A stretch of DNA of 59,931 nt from Pseudomonadota bacterium (lineage in GTDB: Bacteria; Pseudomonadota; Gammaproteobacteria; Burkholderiales; SG8-39): positions 1 through 59,931 of the forward strand of contig JANMDK010000020.1 in the NCBI GenBank assembly GCA_031376265.1, in the 5' to 3' direction. Positions within the stretch are counted from its first letter, which is position 1; each line of letters starts with the position of its first letter. Both the position numbers and the translations under genes were made by a program. Below are positions 9,736-16,652 of the stretch, piece by piece. The notes under the pieces are model-generated. The model saw nothing but the letters and a program-made list of their open reading frames with translations, had not been told where the DNA came from and searched no databases.

Positions 9736-10707
9736 ATGAAGACGCTTTCGGTGTTGGTTGCGGCGCTGTCGATGTTCGTCGGGGGCAACGCGCTCTCGCA
9801 GCCTGCGTACCCGGACAAGCCGGTCAAGATCATCGTCGGGTTCACGCCCGGCGTCGCGCCCGATCTCGCCGCCCGCATGCTCGCGGAAAAGTTGTCCGAA
9901 GCGTGGGGCAAGCCGGTGGTCGTCGAGAACATCACCGGCGCCGGCGGCAACATCGCCACCGAGCGCACCGCCCGCGCCGCGCCGGACGGCTACACGCTCG
10001 GCATGGTCGGCAACGGCTCGCTGATTTTCAGCCCGAGCATGTACGACAAGCTTGCCTTCGACCCGGTGAAGGATTTCGCGCCGATCACTCAGGTGTTCGT
10101 GGCGGCGAATGCGCTCGTGGTGCCCGTATCGTCCAAGGTGATGTCGCTCGCCGAACTGGTGGCGCTTGCGAAGGCACAGCCGGGCAAGCTCTCGTACGCG
10201 CATGCGGGCGCGGGAACCTCGCAACATTTGGCGGCGGAACTGTTCAAGTCGATGGCCGGGCTCGACATCCGGCCGATCGCCTATCGCGGCACGACGGCGA
10301 TGCTGCCCGACCTGCTCGCCGGCCGGGTGGATCTCTCTTTTGCAAACGTCGCCAACGCGCTCTCGCTTGCGCGCGAAGGCAAGCTGCGCGCCTTCGCGGT
10401 GACCTCGGTGCGCCGCTCGGCCTCGGCGCCGGACCTGCCCACCATGGCGGAGTCGGGCTACCCGGGGTTCGAGGCGGTGCCGTGGTTCGGACTCATGGCG
10501 CCGGCCGGCACGCAGCCGGCGATCATCGAGAAGCTGCACCGCGATTCGGTGCGGGCGCTTTCGACTGCGGAGACGCGCAAGAAGTTCACCGACTTCGGCC
10601 TCGACGTCGTAGCCGGCACGCCGGCGGAACTGGCCGCTACGATCCAGCGCGAAATCCCGCACTGGGCGAAGCTCATCAAGGGCGCGGGGATCAAGGCCGC
10701 GGACTAG
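9736..10707 (+). CDS. Bug/TctC family substrate-binding protein
   Basis: Signal peptide, YPDKPVKIIVGFTPG, VENITGAGGNI, PDGYTL. Confidence 0.92.
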   Translation: MKTLSVLVAALSMFVGGNALSQPAYPDKPVKIIVGFTPGVAPDLAARMLAEKLSEAWGKPVVVENITGAGGNIATERTARAAPDGYTLGMVGNGSLIFSPSMYDKLAFDPVKDFAPITQVFVAANALVVPVSSKVMSLAELVALAKAQPGKLSYAHAGAGTSQHLAAELFKSMAGLDIRPIAYRGTTAMLPDLLAGRVDLSFANVANALSLAREGKLRAFAVTSVRRSASAPDLPTMAESGYPGFEAVPWFGLMAPAGTQPAIIEKLHRDSVRALSTAETRKKFTDFGLDVVAGTPAELAATIQREIPHWAKLIKGAGIKAAD

Positions 10708-10728
10708 GGCGCGGAGCGCTGAGGTTTG

Positions 10729-10787
10729 TACCAAAATGGTAATTTTATATACCAAAATGGTTCAGATCTGTACCATTCCGGTATAGT
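10729..10787 (+). promoter_or_regulatory. Three TACC-N5-GGT(A/T) operator-like palindromes at 21-bp period, with -10 TATAGT
   Basis: TACCAAAATGGTA at 10729, TACCAAAATGGTT at 10750, TACCATTCCGGTA at 10771; TATAGT at 10782-10787, 6 nt before the ATG. Confidence 0.7.
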
Positions 10788-10793
10788 GATCGC

Positions 10794-11381
10794 ATGAGCA
10801 CATCCGGATCCCATGCGGCCGACGTCCTCTTTTCCATCTCGCAGCAGAGGATGCTTTGCGCGCTGTTCTCGGATATCGCGCCTCCCGAAGGGTTTGCGTA
10901 TGCCGGACTGCTGCAGTTGACCAACGCGGGGGCCGGTGGCCTTCATCGCGAGCTCAAGCAATTCCAGGCGGCCGGGCTGGTCAGGGAGCAGCTGGTCGGA
11001 GGGCGCCGCCATTACGTGGCGAACCCGGAACATCCCGTCTATGAGGAGCTCCGGTCGATCGCGCGCAAGCTGCTCGGCATCCCGTCCGTATTGGAGGAGG
11101 CGCTCGCCCCGCTCCGGGACGGCATCGAAACCGCATTCATCTACGGATCGATTGCCAGGCAAGCCGAGACTGCGGAAAGCGACGTCGATGTCATCGTCGT
11201 CGGCGATTGCGACTACGGCAAATTGCTGGGCGCCCTGCAACCGCTCGATGCGCAACTGCGGCGCCACGTGAGCGTGTCGTTGTATGCACCCCGCGAATTC
11301 CGCCGGCTCGTCCGCACGGACGCCTTCCTGAAGAAAGTCGACGCGGGGCCCAAGGTCTATCTCATCGGTGGCCCTCAATGA
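10794..11381 (+). CDS. HTH-minimal nucleotidyltransferase (MNT) domain protein, putative antitoxin
   Basis: AFIYGSIAR...ESDVDVIVVG nucleotidyltransferase motif; N-terminal wHTH-like region (LHRELKQF...GLV...YVANPEHPVYEEL). Confidence 0.85.
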   Translation: MSTSGSHAADVLFSISQQRMLCALFSDIAPPEGFAYAGLLQLTNAGAGGLHRELKQFQAAGLVREQLVGGRRHYVANPEHPVYEELRSIARKLLGIPSVLEEALAPLRDGIETAFIYGSIARQAETAESDVDVIVVGDCDYGKLLGALQPLDAQLRRHVSVSLYAPREFRRLVRTDAFLKKVDAGPKVYLIGGPQ

Positions 11382-11663
11382 GCCTGCCCGCGCAGGCGGA
11401 GAACCTGCTGAAGATCGGGATCCTTCATCACGAGAGCCATTCCGCCGAGGAGGTCGAAGAGTGCCTCAAGCTCGCCTCCTCCCACTTGCAGGTGGCAAAG
11501 GCAACCCAGTTCGACATGAAGGTGAGAGGCAAACGCCGACCGGAACGAGACGGCCTACCGCAAGAGCGCCCTTGCGCCGCTGGGTAACCAGGCGCTCGAT
11601 GCGTTGGTGGCGGCGACCGAGACGATCCTGAAATCCGCACGGAAAAAGTTAGGGAAACTTTAG
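11378..11663 (+). pseudogene. HEPN-like partner of the MNT gene, disrupted by an internal deletion/frameshift
   Basis: ATGA-coupled N-terminus MSLPAQAENLLKIGILHHE... in one frame; ANADRNETAY...LDALVAATETIL...* in a different frame (11529-11663). Confidence 0.6.
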
Positions 11664-11803
11664 GAGCGGATTGGTCGTCCGAACCCTGCATCGGCAAACG
11701 TCTGTAGGTCTTTCCAGACACTTGTTTCATCCCGCGGACGATGGTTTCCGAGTGTTCCGGGTGCAATAGTCGTCTCCAGTTCAACCCCTTTTGGAGACAC
11801 AGC

Positions 11804-12148
11804 ATGTTCAAGAAAACGCTTATCGGCACGGCCGTCGCTGCCCTGCTGGGCATCGGCATGGCAAACGCAGCCACCGTCATCGAGCATTCGCCCACGGTGG
11901 ACGCCGACGGCATCAAGGAGAAGAAAGTCGTCCTGCATGACAACGGCGACCGCACGGTGGTGAAGAAGAAGACCACGTACAACGCCGCCGGCCAGAAGGT
12001 CGTGAAGAAGAAAGTCGTGCGCCACACGGCCGGTGCGCCGTCGAACGTCACGGTGGTGCATCGCACCGGCACGACCCCTGTGGTCGTGCACAAAGTGGTG
12101 CCCGCAGTCCCGACGAGGACGACCGTGATTCGCGAAACGACTGGCTAG
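11804..12148 (+). CDS. Hypothetical secreted Lys/Val/Thr-rich protein
   Basis: RBS GGAGA, signal peptide MFKKTLIG...ANA, followed by a terminator. Confidence 0.75.
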   Translation: MFKKTLIGTAVAALLGIGMANAATVIEHSPTVDADGIKEKKVVLHDNGDRTVVKKKTTYNAAGQKVVKKKVVRHTAGAPSNVTVVHRTGTTPVVVHKVVPAVPTRTTVIRETTG

Positions 12149-12168
12149 GTCATTGCATCACTGGCAAT

Positions 12169-12198
12169 AAAGGCGGGGCTTCGGTCCCGCTTTTTTTG
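12169..12198 (+). terminator. Rho-independent terminator
   Basis: GGCGGGGC-TTCG-GTCCCGCT hairpin followed by a T-tract. Confidence 0.85.
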
Positions 12199-12200
12199 GG

Positions 12201-13367
12201 CTACGCCGAAAGCGCCTTCATCACCGAATACAAATCCGACTTGCCTTCGAACCCGATCCCCGGCAGTTCGGGCATCGTGACGTAGCTGTTCTCGACCTTC
12301 ACGCCATCGGGGAATCCGCCAAAAGGCTGGAACAAATCCGGATAAGACTCGTTGCCGCCCAATCCCAGGCCTGCTGCGATGTTCAACGACATCTGGTGCC
12401 CGCCATGCGGGACGCAGCGGCTCGGCGACCAGCCGTGGGCCTTGAGCATCTCCAGAGTGCGCAGGTACTCCACCAGGCCATAACTCAGCGCGCAGTCGAA
12501 CTGCAGCCAGTCGCGGTCGGGGCGCATCCCACCGTGACGGATGAGGTTGCGCGCGTCCTGCATCGAGAAGAGGTTCTCGCCGGTGGCCATCGGGTTCTTG
12601 TAGTAGTTGCGCAGCGTGGCCTGCAATTCGAAATCCAGCGGGTCGCCGGCCTCCTCGTACCAGAAGAGGTCGTACTGCGAGAGCGCCTTTGCATAGGCGA
12701 TCGCGGTGTCGAGATCGAAGCGGCCGTTCGCGTCGACGCATAGGCGCTGCCCGTCCCTGAGAACCGAGAGCACCGAATCGATGCGGCGCAGGTCCTCGGA
12801 CAAAGTAGCGCCGCCGATCTTCATCTTCACCACCGAATAGCCGCGGTCGAGGTAGCTGCGCATCTCGTCCTTGAGCTTTTCGTCGTCCTTGCCGGGGTAG
12901 TAGTAGCCGCCGGCCGCATAGACGAACACCTTGCGGTTCGGCTTGCCGTTGCCGTAGTCGTCGGCCAGCAGCTGGAAGAGCGGCTTGCCCTCGATCTTGG
13001 CCACTGCGTCCCACACCGCCATGTCGATGGTGCCGATCGCCACCGAACGCTCGCCGTGGCCGCCGGGCTTCTCGTTGGTGAACAGCGTGGCCCAGATCTT
13101 GTGCGGGTCCAGGTTCGTGCCCGCATCGTTCATGAGTGATTCCGGCTTTGCCTCGCTCACGCGCGGAATGAAGCGCTCGCGCATCAGCATGCCCTGGCCG
13201 TAGCGGCCGTTGGAGTTGAAGCCGTAGCCGACCACGGGCTGGCCTTCCCGCACCACGTCGGTGATGACGGCTACCAGGCTCAGCGTCATCTTGCTGAAGT
13301 CGATGTACGCGTTGCGGATGGGCGAGCTGATGGGGAGGGTTTTTTCGCGGATCTCGACGATTCTCAT
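12201..13367 (-). CDS. tarD: D(-)-tartrate dehydratase (mandelate racemase subgroup, enolase superfamily)
   Basis: PISSPIRNAYIDF, FNSNGRYGQG, NEKPGGHGERSVA, KMKIGG, PHGGHQMSL; recalled as closely matching the characterised Bradyrhizobium TarD. Confidence 0.85.
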   Translation of the reverse strand: MRIVEIREKTLPISSPIRNAYIDFSKMTLSLVAVITDVVREGQPVVGYGFNSNGRYGQGMLMRERFIPRVSEAKPESLMNDAGTNLDPHKIWATLFTNEKPGGHGERSVAIGTIDMAVWDAVAKIEGKPLFQLLADDYGNGKPNRKVFVYAAGGYYYPGKDDEKLKDEMRSYLDRGYSVVKMKIGGATLSEDLRRIDSVLSVLRDGQRLCVDANGRFDLDTAIAYAKALSQYDLFWYEEAGDPLDFELQATLRNYYKNPMATGENLFSMQDARNLIRHGGMRPDRDWLQFDCALSYGLVEYLRTLEMLKAHGWSPSRCVPHGGHQMSLNIAAGLGLGGNESYPDLFQPFGGFPDGVKVENSYVTMPELPGIGFEGKSDLYSVMKALSA

Positions 13368-13422
13368 GGCGGGGTCTCGGTGGGGGAGGGCTCTATTAGA
13401 ACTGGTTCAGGCTCCGGCGTTC

Positions 13423-13460
13423 GTTGACGAATCGTCCAAATATGTTGTTAAATAGTCAAC
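13423..13460 (+). promoter_or_regulatory. Two imperfect GTTGAC-N5-GTCAAC palindromes overlapping a promoter
   Basis: GTTGACGAATCGTCCAA at 13423 and GTTGTTAAATAGTCAAC at 13444 (21-bp period); TTGACG -35; abuts the ATG with no RBS. Confidence 0.6.
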
Positions 13461-13958
13461 ATGCTGCATGCCTACGAACCCGTCCGTGCATTGTGCGGTA
13501 GCGAGGCGCGCTTTCGCCTCGTGAGGGCGCTCTATGAGTCGCCGGGGACGGCATTCCACCTCCGGGGTCTCGCCGCGGCCGCCCGCGTGGATCCGAGCCA
13601 GGCCCACCGGCTGCTGCGCGAATTCGTGGCTGCGGGCCTGTGCGAAGAGATCCCCGCCGCGCCTTTCCGGAAGTTCCGCGCGGCCGCGGGCCATCCGCTC
13701 GCCGAAGCGCTTATCGAGACTTTCCGTGACGCGGCGCTCGAAGCCGGCAAGGGCGAAGAAGTCGACCTTGGCAAGGCGCCCGTGCTGCGGTCCCTTCTTT
13801 GGACCGGCCGCGAGCGAACGAGCATCCCCGCAGCCGAAGCTTTCAGGCACTACGAGAACAACTGGCGCCTCGTGCGGAACGCGGCCATGGGCGCCGGCGA
13901 GAAACGGCTGCTCGAAAGGCTCAAGAAGGATTATGGCCGCGGGTTGATGAATGGCTGA
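13461..13958 (+). CDS. wHTH-containing putative antitoxin
   Basis: N-terminal HTH (FHLRGLAAAARVDPSQAHRLL); C-terminal LRSLLW...YENNWRLV; overlaps the AbiEii-like gene. Confidence 0.65.
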   Translation: MLHAYEPVRALCGSEARFRLVRALYESPGTAFHLRGLAAAARVDPSQAHRLLREFVAAGLCEEIPAAPFRKFRAAAGHPLAEALIETFRDAALEAGKGEEVDLGKAPVLRSLLWTGRERTSIPAAEAFRHYENNWRLVRNAAMGAGEKRLLERLKKDYGRGLMNG

Positions 13959-14670
13959 GTTGCATCGTCCGCTGCATCGGCGCATTGCGGAGATCCTGTC
14001 GCGCATGGATGCCGGGTTCCTCGCCGAGGCGGAATGCTATTTCGGTGGCGGCACGCAATTGGCGATGTCGCACGGGGAATACCGCGAATCCCGCGACATC
14101 GATTTCCTCGTTTCGTCCGCCCGGGGAATCCGGGCGCTGCGCGAAACGGTCAGCGAGCGCTCGCTGGGAAAGCTATTCAAGGGCCGCATCAGCCTCGAGC
14201 GCGAGGTCCGCGCCGACCGCGACGCGATCCGCACGTTCATCAGGGAGTCGGCTGCGGCCGCGCCGATCAAGTTCGAGATCGTGTTCGAGGCGAGGATCGA
14301 GGTGGAGGGCGGCCTGGATCCGATGCTTGGCGTGCCGGTGCTGGGACTGCGTCACGCGATCGCAGAAAAGCTTCTCGCCAATGCCGACCGTGGACGGGCG
14401 AAGGAGCACCGGGCGCGGGACGTCGTCGACCTGGCTTTCATCAGCCTGCAGGCGGGCGCGGCGGATTTCCATGCCGGCCGGAAGATCGCAGAGGGAGCCT
14501 ACGGTGCAGTTGTCCTGAAAGAACTCGACGAGGTGCTGAAGATGCTTCGCCTGGACCCGAAGTTCCGCGCGCAGTGCGTGGCGGACCTGCTGATCGAGGA
14601 TCCCAAGGCGCTTGCCCGGGGGCTCGATAAACTGCAGGTCCTGAAGCGCACCCCCAATTCCAGGAACTAG
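13951..14670 (+). CDS. AbiEii/AbiGii family nucleotidyltransferase toxin
   Basis: YFGGGTQLAM, YRESRDIDF, IKFEI, EKLLANADR, RDVVDL. Confidence 0.85.
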   Translation: MAELHRPLHRRIAEILSRMDAGFLAEAECYFGGGTQLAMSHGEYRESRDIDFLVSSARGIRALRETVSERSLGKLFKGRISLEREVRADRDAIRTFIRESAAAAPIKFEIVFEARIEVEGGLDPMLGVPVLGLRHAIAEKLLANADRGRAKEHRARDVVDLAFISLQAGAADFHAGRKIAEGAYGAVVLKELDEVLKMLRLDPKFRAQCVADLLIEDPKALARGLDKLQVLKRTPNSRN

Positions 14671-14687
14671 CCAGCCGTGTGGCCCGC

Positions 14688-15683
14688 TCAGTCGACCTTC
14701 GCGCCCGAGAACCTCACCGCCTCGGCATACTTGGCCATCTCGCGCCTGATAAAAGCCGTGGTCTCCGCGCGCGAGCTGGCCATGACCTCGACACCTTGCT
14801 TAGTGAGCTCGCCGCGGATCGCTGGTTCATTCAGCACGCCGGCGAACTCGGCGTTCAGGCGCTCGAGGATGGCTACTGGCGTGGCGCCCGGCGCAAGGAA
14901 GAGGTAGGCCGAGTTCGACTCGAAGCCCTTGATGCCCTGCTCGTCGATGGTCGCCACGTCCGGCAGCTGCGGCATGCGCGAAGGGTGCGCCATCGCGATC
15001 GCGCGCAGCTTGCCGGCCTGCACATGCGGCACCGCGTTCGGCGTGTTGGCGAACGCGACCTGGATCTGGTTCGAGAGCAGGTCGGTGAGCACCGGCCCCA
15101 TGCCTTTGTACGGGATGTGGACGACGAAAATGCCGGCCTGTTTCTTGAGCATCTCCATGCCCAGGTGGAAAGACGTGCCGTTACCGACCGAGCCGTACGA
15201 AAGCCGCCCCGGATTCGCCTTGCCGTAGGCGACGAACTCCCTGAGGTTCTTTACCGGCAGCGAGGGATGCACCACCAGCGTATGCGGCGTGACGCCGGCG
15301 TAGGTGACCGCGGCGAGGTCCTTGTCCGAGTCGTACGGGAGTTTCGCAAACAGCGCCGGGTTGACCATGAAGGTGTTGGCCACCAGCAGCAGCGTGTGGC
15401 CGTCGGGCTTCGATTTCGCCACGATCTCGGTGGCGATCTGGGTCGAGCCGCCGGGACGGTTCTCGAGGATGAAAGGCTGCCCGAGCCGCGCGGCCACGCG
15501 GTCGCTCATCAGGCGGCCGATGATGTCCGAAGTGCCGATCGGGGCGTAGGGGATCAGGACGCGGATCGGCTGGGTAGGGGTCCACTGCTGCGCGAGCGCC
15601 GCGCCGGGGAGGAGGAACGACGCTGCGAGCGCAAAGGCGCGTACAACTCCGAAAGGCACCGCAAGTCGGTCGCTGGTTTTCAT
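14688..15683 (-). CDS. Bug/TctC family substrate-binding protein
   Basis: Signal peptide, ENRPGG, PDGHTLL, HIPYKG, LPDVATIDE. Confidence 0.92.
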   Translation of the reverse strand: MKTSDRLAVPFGVVRAFALAASFLLPGAALAQQWTPTQPIRVLIPYAPIGTSDIIGRLMSDRVAARLGQPFILENRPGGSTQIATEIVAKSKPDGHTLLLVANTFMVNPALFAKLPYDSDKDLAAVTYAGVTPHTLVVHPSLPVKNLREFVAYGKANPGRLSYGSVGNGTSFHLGMEMLKKQAGIFVVHIPYKGMGPVLTDLLSNQIQVAFANTPNAVPHVQAGKLRAIAMAHPSRMPQLPDVATIDEQGIKGFESNSAYLFLAPGATPVAILERLNAEFAGVLNEPAIRGELTKQGVEVMASSRAETTAFIRREMAKYAEAVRFSGAKVD

Positions 15684-15807
15684 TGAGCGAGAATAGCAGG
15701 AGGACGAAAGCGGGAGAGATGACCCCTTTGTAGCCTGACGGCGCGTTAACGCACTGACGAGGCAGTCAGGGACGAGGCAAGCTTCTCGTCTCAACCGGTA
15801 AATTTCA

Positions 15808-16179
15808 GTGACCAAGGCCAAGCGGCGCATTCTCGTCGTGGAAAACGACAAGGCTTCAGGGGAAACCCTGAGGGACCTGCTCGTCGAAATGGGCTTCGAC
15901 GTCCATCTCGTGAACGATGGCGAATCCGCGGTGCAGGACGTGCCGAAATTCCACCCCTCGATCGTCCTCATGGACGTCGGCCTGCCGGGCATCGACGGCT
16001 ACGAAGCCACGCGCCAGATCCGCAAGATCGAAATCGGCCGCAAGGCTCTCATCGTCGCGCTGACCGGCTTCGGGCAGATCCAGGACATCAAGAAGGCCGC
16101 AGACTGCGGGATGGACAATTTCCTCACCAAGCCGGTCAGCCCGAAGAAACTGCTGCAGGGCCTCGCGCGCTACGACTGA
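15808..16179 (+). CDS. Single-domain response regulator (CheY-like)
   Basis: RILVVEND, MDVGLPGIDG, ALTG, LTKPV. Confidence 0.9.
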   Translation: MTKAKRRILVVENDKASGETLRDLLVEMGFDVHLVNDGESAVQDVPKFHPSIVLMDVGLPGIDGYEATRQIRKIEIGRKALIVALTGFGQIQDIKKAADCGMDNFLTKPVSPKKLLQGLARYD

Positions 16180-16201
16180 CCGGCGGGGACGACTCGGGCG
16201 G

Positions 16202-16585
16202 CTAGCCGCCCGAGGTCGCAAAGACCTGGTTCAGCTCAGCCAGGCTCGCCGGCTTCAGCAGGAAATGGTCCATGCCGGCATCGGCCGCCTGCTGCTCGAA
16301 CTTGCGCTGCGCGTAGCCGGAGAGCGCCACGACCACCGCGGACCGGCCCGACTCTTCCCGCCGCATTTGCCGCGTGGCCTCGTACCCGTCGATGCCGGGG
16401 AGGCCGATGTCCATGAAGACGAATGCCGGGAGGTATTGGGGCACGACCTGTACCGCGGTCTCGCCGTCGGTGACGATCTGGACATCGAACCCCATCGTTA
16501 CGAAAAGATCCCTCAGGCTCTCGCCCGAGGCCTTGTCGTCTTCGACTATAAGGATGCGCCGACCGGCTCCGACCACGCTCATCAA
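16202..16585 (-). CDS. Single-domain response regulator (CheY-like)
   Basis: RILIVEDD, MDIGLPGIDG, ALSG, LLKPA. Confidence 0.9.
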   Translation of the reverse strand: MMSVVGAGRRILIVEDDKASGESLRDLFVTMGFDVQIVTDGETAVQVVPQYLPAFVFMDIGLPGIDGYEATRQMRREESGRSAVVVALSGYAQRKFEQQAADAGMDHFLLKPASLAELNQVFATSGG

Positions 16586-16652
16586 CAGCCCCCGAAAAGC
16601 GCGAATTTACCCTACCGGGGGGGAAAGTCGGTGCTTTCGACTACTTACTGCC

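Noticed and set aside
11703-11745. TGTAGG...CCAGACA as a member of the TGTTCG-N4-CGAACA regulon
   Set aside because: Half-site sequence and spacing do not fit the 6-4-6 pattern; more likely a different regulator's site or chance
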